From NCBI RefSeq assembly GCF_018350175.1, contig NC_058368.1:12462001-12526000 (forward strand): a stretch of DNA of 64,000 nt, given 5' to 3'. The DNA comes from Felis catus (lineage: Eukaryota). The position numbers and the translations under genes are program-made. Position 1 is the stretch's first letter. The number at the start of each line of letters is the position of its first letter. Below the pieces are notes generated by a model. That model did not search any database. It was not told the DNA's origin and saw nothing but the letters and a program-made list of their open reading frames with translations. Of this stretch, positions 23,581 to 36,512 are shown piece after piece.

Positions 23581-24054
23581 ACGCCTTCTTCCCCCTTGCC
23601 CTCGGCATTGACATTTGCCTGATGCTTCACAGAGAAAACTGAGAAACTGGCAGTTCCTTGAATGCATCACACCCTCTTTTGCCTCAGTACCTTTGTACCC
23701 GTTCTTCCTGCCTGGAACACACTGGCTCTTCCTTTCTATAGATAAACCTAAACTCCAGAGAGTAACTATTTCATTCCCCTATTGGACTGTGACCCCCTGA
23801 AGGGTAGGAAGTCTTTAATCCCTCTCTGGAATATGGTGCCAAATACACGGTAAGTGCTTACTGTATATTTATGGAATGAATAAGAATTGGAAATTGGGGC
23901 TAAAGAGTGGGTCAGGGAAGCTGGGCGTGACCATGTGTTTGTTATCCAAAAACATTGAAATATTAGCACCAATCCGTTAGACAGAAGTTGGTAAAATATG
24001 CATACAAACAGATACGCACTGAGTCACAATTGATAAAATAACCAAGAATGACAG

Positions 24055-24215
24055 GAAACAATAGTAATAAATAATAGTAATAAGTTGTAGTAAATAAATA
24101 TAAATAAAAAATAAATAAATAAGTAATAAATAGAAAACTAGTAATAAAAATAGTAATAAATAGTATAAATAAATAGTTAATATTATTAACTATTCTCAAA
24201 TATTTAATCAAGTTG
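24055..24215. repeat. AT-rich low-complexity tract of (AATAAAT/AGTAAT)-like units
   Basis: Read directly from the sequence. Confidence 0.85.
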
Positions 24216-25769
24216 ATTAACTTAAAACATTACTTAGGTTTCTTTTTTCCCCTATGAAATCTGCATTTTTTTAACACTTGAGAAAACTAATTTAGTCATA
24301 AATTAACTCCCTCCCTTTACCCAAACCAGGGTTGGAGTCTATAAATGCAGAGTCATCAATATCTCAAATATGTAATAAAAATGAATTGGGTTAATATGTA
24401 AGAGTGTACTGTTAATTTAACATGCAAACTTGTCGGGGTTATCTGAATAGGAATACAGTATTGTAAAACAAAAAAATCAACAATGTCTCATCTAAAAGAA
24501 AGTGTATGTGGTTTAAAAGGAAAATAGGATAATGATTAAGAAAAAGAAAGAGGACAAAACCAAAACAAACAAAACAAAACCAACCACTATAGGATGTGGG
24601 TAAGAGCAAAAAGGAAGCAGCTAAATGAAACCAGAAGGAACAAAGAAGGGCTCCAAAATACTACCTACCAAGTAGTGCCTCAAAAACAGAACCTACTAGA
24701 ATTTCATCTGGAGGAAGCCATCTGCAAAAGGTAGAAACTCCAGGATAAGAAAGAATCGGTCACTTTCCATGATAGCAGGAGGCAATCACAAAAACAAATT
24801 GATTTGGACTCATCTGAGCCTCAAGTAGGAAAGGACCCTGGTCCCCTTATAAGAAAAGGAGACTGCAGAGAACAGAGGGTCTGGGGTAGTGGATTGAACA
24901 AAAATCCATAGCCGCAAAGAATTCAAATTGGGAAATCTAGTAATAGGAACCGGGAAAGGTGTCATCTAGCACCTTTGATTTGGGCAAAGGACACTAAGCA
25001 ATATCAGCCTCCACCTCTGATGCACATCAACAATATACAGCTGGTGTCCCTGCACTTCATTTCACTGCTACAGGTTAAAGTGCCTTAGAACAACGCCGTA
25101 TCCCACATGAAAGAGCAGTCGGGGCTGGAGAAGAGAGCCCTACCAGGGAAGTTAAAGCAAGGTGGCAAGGCTAGAGATTCTTACCATTGGATCCATAAGT
25201 GGTGGAAATCAAAAGTGAAAACACAATTTTTTAGCAGATGAAATGCCATGTATTTCATCAAATGGGCTTTGTAGAAGAATCATGGGTGAACTAAATACGA
25301 AATGCAATCCCTCAGCTTTCAGTACCTTGAAGAAGAAATCAAGCTGTCTGGAAGCCTCCTATATGAACTGTAAATTCACTGCGGGTCAGGTGTCTGTCCA
25401 GGAAAATATTTTGCTCTGTCTTCTCTCTACTCAATATACTTTTCTTGATATAACTACAAAACATAATCATTTTCACTTGAGACATTAATTACCCCGCTCA
25501 CAAATTCTTCCTGTTATTTTCCTAATTTATCTTTAATGGTTTCATTTTATTTTTCCACTTTTATGTCTTTAAATAACATTTTCATCAAGACATTATTGGT
25601 GTAACACAAAATTCACCCAATGGTTGTTTTATCTTAAGCAAGTTTTTTCTTAATACTTTTGGTTGGAGACTCGTATCAGAGGGGTATATGGCTTTTTCTC
25701 TCTACGTACAGTATCAATCATAGGTACAGAAAAGCTTAAACTTGGCTCTGTAAGCAAATTAAGTGTGCG

Positions 25770-25770
25770 A

Positions 25771-25801
<31 letters not shown>

Positions 25802-25805
25802 TGTA
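25770..25805. repeat. (GT)n microsatellite
   Basis: Read directly from the sequence. Confidence 0.95.
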
Positions 25806-28096
25806 GGCATATACATACATATATGTGTATGTGTTTCTATCATTTGGCTACAATTGTTAAAAATTCTTGCAAATAATGTTTCCTAAGATTAATCTGGTTT
25901 GCTTAAGAAAGATAGGATAGAAGGTAGAACTCTGCCACAGACACTAGAGGGATTTAATAAATACTTCTGAGGCTGATAAATATGTTTGTCCTTAGATTTA
26001 ACAGGATTTCCCTGTAATTAATCTGGACACAATTAATACTTAAAGCAGGGCTATTTCCAAAGTGTTAACTCATTCTTCCAAACCAAGATTTCTTAGAAAT
26101 AACTATTTTAATCTTTGTGTTCCTAACCTTAGCTTTCTTATTACTTCTAGTAAAGCCATAAAACCTAAGCAGACACCTGCTTTTGATTTTTTATTTCTAT
26201 TTTCTCCTTTAAATTTCCCAGGCACCTGCCTACCTGACTAACCAAGCTCTCTTCCTTCACCACCCTTCATTCCTGCCATCTGAGGCTGTTGGGTTTCTCC
26301 TTCGTTCCCCCAGCTTTTAAACACCTGCAGTTTCACAACAAGGATAGTATTGTCTGGCTGTTTTACTTAGCAGTGGGTTGACTTACCTGTCAAGATAAAG
26401 TTCACTGTACATAGTATTGGATCTCTGGATTAATGCCTTATAAAACATCACATTTGCACAGTTCTATGCCTTTCATAAGCATTAAACACTGATTTCTCTT
26501 GATAGGCCGGATATTATATCAACATTTAGTGAAAGGAGATTATTGCTGGGAGCTCAAAGATGAACTATTATGAAAGCTAAACTTTTGGATTTGAGCTAAA
26601 AGTTTATTTTTTTAGGAAGGATTTTTAAAGGTTATGACAGGAGTTATCCATGTCCTATAAAAGAGTACTGTATAAGTAACCAGTAGTCCAAGTTTGCCTT
26701 AAAAATACATTAAAATAAGTATATCGCAAAATGATTAATGACAGCATTAACAGCATGAACACTCATCACCCTTCTGTCACTATGTAGATAATATATCAAG
26801 AAAAAGGGAAACAGAATTTTCATCAAGACAGAAATGTGATATATCATAGTCCAAATGATTTAATTTTTTTACCATTTTTATTTTACAAAATGTATGTTAG
26901 TCAAAAAAGACTGTTTCCAGCTGTTTCTGGAATCTTCTTTTAATTTATGTCTAATAAGGCAACAACTTTAAGTAGAGTTTGGAAACCTAAAGGCAGTTCT
27001 CTGCCTTAAACAGTTAATCAATGCCACATACAGGCTGGCTTCAATCAAATTCAGTCTAAGATAGCTGTGTTCTGATTAACTGCAATAGAGAAGAAAAGAT
27101 TGAAACTATCGCTTCCCAATAGTAAGTAGGTCCTAAAAAACAAAGAACAACAATTTTTTGGACCACTAAAAACAACAATAAAACTTCTTCAAGTATTAAA
27201 AACTGAACTTTATGGTTTAATATCTATTTGCTTAATTCTTGAGTGTGGTATTGTTAAATTTATCTTAACTTGTTCTGTGTCTGCTTTTATCTTGGTGGGA
27301 AAAGTATCCCAAGATAAAATGGCAGCTAGCTACCTATCTAATATGCCTTTGCCTTAATTGTATAATGTAAACCAATTAGAGAAGATTTAAGGGAAAACTC
27401 CGTTATGACTCAGTATTTTTATCTTGCCCATATCAAATATTTTACTGCAATATGTATTTAAAATTGAACTACATTTAAGAAGGATTGATGTTTTATGTGA
27501 ATTTAAGAATTTAGTAATCTCTCCCATTGTGGGTAGTCCCTAACTAATGCATATTGATTTAGATGTGTCACTTTCAGATATATGGCCACTCAGAAAAAGG
27601 GCTCAGAGGGCTCAGTAACTGTAGGAACCCTCCTCCCCTTTCTGATAACAGGGTTTGCAATTTCCTTCCCCTTCCTCCTTCTATCACTGTTATTTGGTAC
27701 TGCCTATGTCCCCAGTCTCTCCTCCTACTTCAAACACTTCTTATCTTAGGGGAGTAAATCCTATGAGTAATCACTCTCCCCACTTCCTCAAGGCACCCCT
27801 CTACCAACTCTTCTCCTCAATATGTCCCAAGCTTAGTAACATCTAACTAGCCCCCTCTCCAATCCTGACCAAGCTCCTATTATACAGAAAAGCTCTTTTG
27901 ATGAAAGGTCATTTCTACAAAATGCAGATAGCACTTATGCCAGCCCTCTTTTATTCAAATGTCATAATTAGCATTCATTCACTCAATCAACAAATAATTA
28001 CATCCCATATAGCAGACACTATGCTTGGTACATAATACAATGATATTGTATGCAATTCTTTCTTTCCTTATGGACTTTTAAAAATAAAGAGAAATA

Positions 28097-28294
28097 GGGG
28101 CACCTGGGTAGCTCAGTTGGTTAAGCGTCTGATTCTTGATTTTGGCTGAGGTCATGATCTCAGTTTGTGGATTCAAGCTCCACATCAGGCTCTGTGCTGA
28201 CAGTATGGAGTCTGCTTGGGATTCTCTCTCTCCTCTCTCTGCCCTCCCCTGCTTGTTCTGTCTCTGTCTGTCTCAAAATAAATAAATAAATTTA

Positions 28295-28325
<31 letters not shown>

Positions 28326-28326
28326 A
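28097..28326 (+). mobile_element. Can-SINE, first of a tandem pair
   Basis: Body followed by an (AATA)n tail. Confidence 0.95.
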
Positions 28327-28555
28327 GGGGCACCTGGGTGGCTCAGTCAGTTTCGTGTCTGACTTCGGCTCAGGTCATGATCTCACGGTTCGTGGGTTCA
28401 AGCCCCACGTCGGGCTCTGTGCTGATGGCTCAAAGCCTGGAGCCTGCTTTGGATTCCGTGTCTCCCTCACTCTCTGCCCCTCCCCCGCTCATGCTCTGTC
28501 TCTGCCTCTCAAAAATAAAGAAACGTAATAAATAAATAAATAAATAAATAAATAA
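28327..28555 (+). mobile_element. Can-SINE inserted in the tail of the preceding SINE
   Basis: Starts directly after the (AATA)n tract and ends in its own (AATA)n. Confidence 0.95.
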
Positions 28556-29059
28556 GGAGACATGATGAGGGTTTAGGAGGGAACGATTTTATCTGAGTTT
28601 CCTCCTTACCATTATTATCAGGAAAACATCATCAACAACACAAACCTTTGAGAACCTCAAGTTTGGTAAACATTTATTGACCCTGTAGTATGTCCTGGGC
28701 TCTCTGCTTGATGCTGGAGATAGCAGAATCAAGTACAAAAGATGCTGTGCCATGAAGAGACCTACACAAGAGTTCAGACTAGAAAAAACTTGAGAGTAAG
28801 AACCATCCTCAACAAAAATAAGGGGGCGGCTGTGGACATGAGGCTGGCCCACTATAGTGTGTCTTCCAAGGGCTTCTATAGGTAGGAGTTTCCAGCCTTC
28901 AACTCAGGGCCTTCTGGGAGGCCCTCCCAGTATTCCGGGTTAGAGACACCATCACATTCCATCCTTTCCCATCACCACACACAGCCCCTATTGGAATCTC
29001 TGACCAAGACAACGAGGACCACCAGAAGTGAGCAGCCAGAGTCAGGTGTGGGAAGTGAC

Positions 29060-29202
29060 TAAGGCTGCCTGATTTAGCAAATAAGAATGCAGGATGGCCA
29101 GTGAAATGCGAATTTCAGATAAACAACAAATCATTTTTGAGTAGAAGTATGTCCCATGCAGTATTTGTATGTGTATTGTTCTGTGTTTTAGCTGACACCC
29201 TT
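29060..29202. mobile_element. MER53 hAT element with an internal deletion
   Basis: taaggctgcctgatttagcaaataagaatgcagga...gaatttcagataaacaac...aagtatgtcccatgca...ctgacaccct. Confidence 0.75.
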
Positions 29203-29582
29203 GAAAGTGGGATAATATCTTCATTTCTATTTAGCCTCATTGGGCCTCTCAGATACCAGTTCAGAAGTATTTTCTCCCACTTGCGGTTCTCGGCTTCTGA
29301 AAACATTGAGACCTTTAGTAGGTGCCTCTGTAGGTGTTCGCTTTGTTTTTTTGTGCTGACACAGCTGAAAGCCTACCTGTTTTTCGATGCTCACAGCCAA
29401 ATTAAATTTAGTCTTTTCCAGTGAAAATGGTTATTTCTCTTACTGAGATTTTCTCCCTTCAAACACCTTGAAAAAGTGTTAGCTTTATTCCAGTTCAGTG
29501 CACTTTATGGTAGCTATCAAAGAAATCTATAAATGGCCCTTCCAAAGAGAAAAAGAAATTTGCATGTAAGCCAAGAAACTTT

Positions 29583-29798
29583 CTTTTAAAAAAAATTTTT
29601 TTAAACATTTATTCATTTTTGAGAGACAGAATGCAAGTGGAGGAGAGGCAGAGAGGGAGGGAGACACAGAATCTGAAGCAGGTTCCAGGCTCCGAGCTGT
29701 CAGCACAGAGCCCCACATGGGGCTGGAACTCAAGAACCGTGAGATGATGACCTGAGCTGAAGTCGGACGCTCAACCGACTGAGTCACCTAGGTGCCCC
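29583..29798 (-). mobile_element. Can-SINE
   Basis: Reverse-complement body with TSD ag(c/t)caagaaa. Confidence 0.95.
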
Positions 29799-30294
29799 AG
29801 TCAAGAAAATTTTCTAATGGAGACTTTTTTTAACCATCCTGCACAAAGTCTGGAAACAGGTCTAGTAGTTCAAGGCAAGCTGAACATATCCTGAGAAGGT
29901 ATATGTCTTCCAACGAACTGCCACTTGTTCCAGGCTTGTAAACAAAGATGTATCTGAAAGCTCCCTTTCTCTTTGTTTAAAGAATGTGTGCCTATGTTCC
30001 TACACACAGATGTACCTTATATGTGTTTTAGGTCAGGTTTGTTCTGAAGGCAACTGGAAGAAAAATTCCCTTATTTTGGGAGCTACTTATCATTAATGAG
30101 TAGAGAATCCTTGGTTTTAGTACATAGTTGGTCCTCAGTAAGTAATTCAAGTATTTGCTAAGTAATTCAAGAAATATCAACAGATTCATAATCTTTTAAT
30201 TTCCCCAGATATTTCTGATTTTATATTCAAAAGAAATGACAGTTCATATTACTACAAATGGATATAAGCTGCAGGATAAAGTACAGAAGCATAT

Positions 30295-30400
30295 TTATCT
30301 TTTATATATATTATATTACATTACATTATATTATATTTTATTATATTTTATTATATTTATTATATTTATTATATATCTATATCTATCTATATATTTATCT
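30295..30400. repeat. AT-rich (TATAT/TATC)n tract
   Basis: Read directly from the sequence. Confidence 0.85.
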
Positions 30401-30419
30401 GGCCTTTATCTTTTCCAGA

Positions 30420-30590
30420 TGGCTCTGCCACTTTCTAGAACAAGTTACAGCTTCTCTGTGTCTGCTTTCTCACCTGTAAAATGGGGATAATAATGTACTC
30501 TACTTCATTGGACTGTTGTGAATATTAAATAAGATAATACTTATAAAGCATTTAGAACAGGGCCTGGCACATAAAACTATCCATCACTAT
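30420..30590 (+). mobile_element. MIR
   Basis: ctcacctgtaaaatggggataataat...gttgtgaatattaaataagataat...cctggcacata. Confidence 0.85.
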
Positions 30591-33589
30591 GAGCTCTTTT
30601 ATATTAATTGCTTATAAATACTTATACTTACTACTTTTGATCCTCCTAGAAGAGGAAATTAGTTTTTGTATTTTTGAGCCAATTTTGCTGAATCTGCTCC
30701 ATCTTTCATTCTTAGCTGAGTTTGGAGAACAGGAAATGCTGATTTTCATAGCACACTTAGTTTCATAAGGACAGTAAGAAATTAATATACAGTAAAAGTT
30801 TGCTAATATCACTTAGGCTGAATTTTAATTTTGCCACACCTTTCTCATTTTTACCTGGATTTGGGCAGTAGGGAAAAATGTTTTTCATAGTGTACTAGTT
30901 TCAGCAACAGGAAATTAATATATGTGAAAACATACCCATACCATTTTTTAAATGTCCTAGGATTTATTTTATTGTTTAGTTATAATTGAAGAGATTACCT
31001 GGCTTTTTGCATAGCATACATTTGCAGGACAAAAGTATCCTTTCTAAATGTTGCCTTGCTTTAATGTGATATATTTTCTGTAACTAAAGTGATAGTAATT
31101 GTTTTCATCTCTAAATAAACTGGTATAAAACATGTTAACATAATTCTTAATAGGAGAAAGGATTATCAGTTCTTTCCTTCTTCAATTGTCCGTGCTTCTA
31201 CTATCTGAGTGAAAAGGAATTCTGTAAAGCTGTCTTGTCTGTTTTCACCTTCACTAGCATCTGAAAACATATTATATAGAAAAGTTCAGCTCATTCTTTC
31301 TTTGTACATCTGCTTTGCTTAAACATCTGTTAATACTATGCCATTTCTGAAAAACTGTTAAGAAAGCACACCCTCCTTAAGTCTGTGTATGTAGGTATCA
31401 ACCATTCTACATTTCAGATTGATGTCATTAAGGATTTCACACTGGGTAACATAAAATGTTAAAATTTAACATTTAACAAAATGTTAAAATATTGGCTACT
31501 TTAGCATTCTTTTTTTCAGTAGGAAGTTCAGGACAAGGACAAGAAAAATTTCAATGTTTAATAAAGGAACAACTTGTTGATTCCATCATCATGCATGGTT
31601 TACTCTCATTAAAAAGGCAATAATTGATTAATATAGCGCTTATCAAAAGGATTAACTGAAGGAAAACAACCCATAATAGTGAAGACACTGAACCGTGATA
31701 CTTCGCAGTTTTTGAATCTCATCTTGGCGCTGTCCTTAGTGAGCTATATCACGTTAGGTTGGTCCCTTAAATTCACTGGTTTTCATTTGTGAATTGAGAG
31801 AAAGAGAACAGATACGCCCTGAGGTCTTTTTTCTAAAATTGTATGATTTCAGGCACATGTTTGATACTCAACACATGAACTTCTTTTCAGTTTAAGCTTT
31901 TTATACTATACCATATTGCTTTTATTCCAGAACTGAAATGGAGAAAAAGTGGTCGGTGGTCACAAAATTTATTTCTATTTAAACTCCAACTAAGGCTCAA
32001 AGGGACTTAAACCAATAGATCTTGTCTCAGAAACACCTGCCATGTTTTAGACTTAAGACACAACCAATCAAAATTGGAAAGGTCCACGGATACCTGGCTC
32101 TAACTCTCTATTCCTGTTAATCTCTTTTAATGTAGACAATCAGACAAATCACTTCAGAACATAGGTAAGTGAATGAGTCAAGGTCAGGGGAAAAATGTTT
32201 AAAGCACTAAATAGAAGCAGTTGGAGGAAATGTGTAACCTTTATATATCTGAAAGGGCATAAAGAGTTTGTCCCAAATGGATCGCTCATCATAAAGTCAG
32301 GGGTTGAGTAAATAGAGTAAATAGGGAGTTATAATGAAGGTTAAGTATGACCCTGGTTAACTACCCACACATACCTTTTAAATATACCTACATTGTGTGC
32401 ATGAATGGAGCATTATTAGCTCTCATTTATGTTATGTTAATCCAGTAGAGATCTTGTCCTTGAACTATGGTTACTCAGTTGTAATGTTTTGCACCAGAAA
32501 TACTAAGTGCTTGACTCATGCCTTTGAAGTTGTTTCATAATTCAGAATAAAAATTACCCCAGGAAGGCAATCTCTTATGCTTTATAAATGACTTTCTCTT
32601 ATTTGACCTTTTATTGCAAAAAATCAACCAGCTCTTTGTTGGGATGCAGTGCTAATTACTCAAAGAAGTTTTATGTAATCCTTTCAAATGTGAACCAAGC
32701 AGAACAATCAGAATTTCCATTAAGTTGTCTACAGAGGGCACATGATCACAACAGTACACAACTAATGTGACTCTGTAGCCTGAAGATAATTTGTGGTAGA
32801 AAGTTTTTCAACTAAAAATAAATCACAGAAGCAGAAAGACCAGAATATGAGAAAGCAAAAGAATCTAAGTTGTTAATAGAGCTATTATTAGTAGCTTTCT
32901 TCGCCTCTACATGAGCCAGGTAAGGCAGTTCAGAAATAATGAAGAACCTACTACCTCTTTCATTTTACCATCCTACAAATATTCACTAGCTTTTTTTTTT
33001 ATTCACTACAGTCATATTAATGATGCATCTGATTAGAGCAAAGACCAACAGGAGTCATGCTTCAGGGTACATTCAGAATTTTTATAAACATCCTTACTTC
33101 CCTGAAAATTCATTCTTTCAGAGTTACTTTCTATTTCCCATCTGTCTTTGATCATGGGACAGCCCCTAGCCAAACATAAAAATTTAAACTTTCATCTGAT
33201 TGTCCCACAAATAATTTCTCAGCTCTTTCTTGTCATACAAGGGCAATTAACTTTCAAAGCCTCCTTGTGGAAGTTGCCAAAATTCTAAATCTAGGGACAA
33301 TGATGGGAAATTTTCAGTACAGTGTTTTGAAGCCTGCTTTATATATCTTAGTAGAGTTCAAGCCTGAAAATGTTCACAATTATATTTGAAGTTCCTCAAT
33401 CTCATTGGATTTGTCCCGAATAGTTTTAAAGCGAAGTTAATTTATATTTAGTTAATTTTGTCATAAATTTAAGCAAGTGAGAAATCATTAATTATCATTT
33501 AAGAATTCAATTAAACCGAAAGTATAAATATTGACCAGACACCACTTCAAGGCTAACTATAGTAGGGCTATAAAAACAGTTCCTATATC

Positions 33590-34600
33590 ACAGGAGTGAA
33601 AAGGCAACATACAGAATGGGGAAAACATTTGTAAATCATATATATGAAAAGGGGTTAAGACCCAGAATACACAAAGAATGCCTACAATAACAACAACAAA
33701 ACGAACAACCTGACTAAAATAAGCAAAGAACTTGAATAGACATTTCTCCAAAGAAGACATCCAAATGGCCAATAAGCACATGAAAAGATGCTCAACATCA
33801 CTAATCATTAGGGAATTGCAAATCAAAACCACAATGAGATACCATCTCATAACCATCCCATTAGAATTGCTATTACTAAAACCAAAACAAAACAAAAACA
33901 ATCAAACAACAAAAAACAAAGAAAACCCAAAACAGAAAAAAACAAATGTTGGTGAAGATGTAGAAAACTGGAACCCTTGTGCACTGCTGGTGGGAATATA
34001 AAATGGTGCAGCTGCTATGGAAAATAGTATGGAGATTCCTCCAAAAATGAAGAATAGAATTACCATATGATCCAGCAATTTTACTTCTGGATGTACACCC
34101 AACAGGAAGCAGCTATGCAAACAGATATTTGTACACCCATGCTCACAGCCGTATTATTCACAATAGTAGAAAAGTGGAAGCAACTCAAATGCCTGTTGGC
34201 AGATACATGGATAAAGAAACCGGAATATTATCCAACCTTAACAAGGAAGAAAATTCTGCAACACAGTTAAACTTTGAAGACATCATCCTAAGTGAAATAA
34301 GCCTGACACAAAAGGACAAATTCTGTATGATTCCCTCTATATGAAGTATGTAGAGTAGTCCAATTCAGAGACAGAAAGCAGAATTGTGGCTGCCATGGTT
34401 GGCAGGGACAGAAGAATAATAAGTTGATGTTTAATGGGTTCGAGTTTCAGTTTGGAACAGCAAAAAGAGTTCTGGAGGAGGGCGGTGGTGGGTGTACAAC
34501 AACGTGAATGCACTTAAATGCCACAGAGTCATACACTTAAACGTGGTTGAAATTGTAAATTTTGTGTTGTGTATCTTTTATCATAAGAAAAAAAAAAAAG
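33590..34600 (+). mobile_element. 5'-truncated L1 (ORF2 C-terminus, 3' UTR and poly-A)
   Basis: ORF 33732-34001 ([38 protein letters not shown]) is the L1 ORF2 C-terminal region. It is degenerate, with an A tail at about 34590. Confidence 0.93.
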
Positions 34601-34851
34601 ATAGTCCCTGCCTGTATTGGGCTTACCATACAGTGGGGAATGCACATGTATGTAAACTTAGTACCCAAGGTAAGTGACATAGTAGTAAGAGTAGAAATTA
34701 AACACTATGGTGTTCACAGAATGTAAAGATAGGAACTGTTTCAGGAAAGGTTTTATAGATTATATAGTGGTTGAGGTCTATCTTCGGAAGACTGATAAAC
34801 AGCAATGAGAGAAGGTGCCAGCAGGTATCTTGTAAAAAGAGACCAGTATAT

Positions 34852-35022
34852 GGGCGCCTGGGTGGCTCAGTCCATTAGCCATCCAACTTTGACTCAGGTC
34901 ATGATCTTGTGGTTCATGAGTTTGAGCCTCCTGTCAGACTCTGTACTGACGGCTCAGAGCCTGGAGCCTGCTTCAGATCTTCAGATTCTGTGTCTCCCTC
35001 TCTCTCTGCCCCTGTCCTGCTC

Positions 35023-35067
<45 letters not shown>

Positions 35068-35100
35068 TAAGTAAAACATTAAAACAAAATTTTTTTTTCC
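34852..35100 (+). mobile_element. Can-SINE
   Basis: Body, long (CT)n tract and TSD aaaagagaccagtata. Confidence 0.95.
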
Positions 35101-35190
35101 AAAAGAGACCAGTATAAAGAAAGCATGGAAGTAAAATTCTGGGGGTGGGGTTTTGGAATTGTGATTCCTCCCATTTAGGTTAAAGTTAGA

Positions 35191-35342
35191 GCAGTGTTTC
35201 TCAAACTTTAATGTGTATACAGATCACTCAGGAATTTTGCTAAACTGTAGATTATGACTCTACAGGTCTAATGGTAGGGTCCAAAAGTCTTTATTTTGAA
35301 TAAGCTCCCAAGTGATACCAACTGAGCTGTTTTGAGCAGCTC
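35191..35342. mobile_element. MER5A-like element
   Basis: gcagtgtttctcaaactttaatgtg...taagctcccaagtgat...tttgagcagc. Confidence 0.7.
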
Positions 35343-36080
35343 AGGTGTCCAATATGTATGCCTATGAATGTAGATTAGTCCGAGGTTAAGAACGTTGAAA
35401 ACCAGAAGTCTGTAGAGTTAACAGAAAGCAATGCCAGTGCAGGCTATTGTTTGGAACTCTTGTGGGTAAGGATATCGTATTATTGTAGCCATTATTCCTT
35501 AGGAAGATTAATCTGGCAGCCACATGTAGTGGGAATAGAATGTGCCAAGACAGACATTGTGGAGACTGGTTATGGATCAACAAGGCCAGTCAAGTAGTAA
35601 ATAGGCTAGATGTGGGGAAGCTTGAAACAGGCAAGTGAGAGAGAATGAAGGTGCAAAGTGGAGATCAAACTAGGGGAAAGTTTAGGGGCAGGCAAGATAT
35701 ATCTCCTGGCAGCTGACCCTGCAGGGGAACGTATGAGGAGGAAAAGTTAAAAAAAAAATGCTGATGATTAGAATACACACTCAACCAGGTTTTCTCAAGA
35801 CTTTCCAAATTTATGACTACTGTCCCAGAATAATAATTAATTATGCCCCTTCCACACTAAAAATTAATAGTGCCTCCTCCTATCCAGTGTGGGTGATAAA
35901 TAATATGGTAGCACAGGTGACTACCAGGATGTAGAGGAGAGTTAGGCTAGTTTGCAGTGGGTCCTGAGGGGGGTGATATTCACTCATTCATTCATTCAAC
36001 ATCTACCCAATGTCAGCTATATGCCAGACATTATTCAAAGTGCTGAGGATATCTAAGGTTAAGTAAAAATGACAACAATT

Positions 36081-36416
36081 GGGGTGCCTGGATGGCTGAG
36101 TCGGTTAAGTGTCCAACTCTTTTTTTATTTTTAATTTATTTTAATGTTTGTATTTATTTTTGAGACACAGAGAGACAGAACATGAGCAGGGGAGGGGCAC
36201 AGAGAGAGGGAGACACAGAATCTGAAGCAAGCTCCAGGCTCTGAGCTGTCAGCACAGAGCCCGACGTGGGGCTCAAACCCATCAACCATGAGATCATGAC
36301 CTGAGCCAAAGCCAGATGCCCAATTAACTGAGCCACTCAGGTGCCCCAGTGTCCGACTCTTGATTTCAGCTTCATGAATTCGAGCCCCACGTTGGGCTGT
36401 GCAGAGCCTGCTTGGG

Positions 36417-36467
<51 letters not shown>

Positions 36468-36512
36468 GTCCCTTCTTCTCCCCCTCTCAAAAATAAATAA
36501 ATAAATAACCAA
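36081..36512 (+). mobile_element. Can-SINE (outer), split by a nested antisense SINE
   Basis: Head at 36081-36121 and remainder at 36348-36512. Outer TSD aaaaat(g/a)acaacaa. Confidence 0.9.
36122..36347 (-). mobile_element. Can-SINE (inner, nested)
   Basis: TSD agtgtcc(a/g)actctt at 36108-36121 and 36348-36361, derived from the outer SINE. Confidence 0.95.

Noticed and set aside
33732..34344. ORFs resembling a reverse-transcriptase protein C-terminus
   Set aside because: Fragmented L1 ORF2 remnant with frameshifts, not a functional gene.
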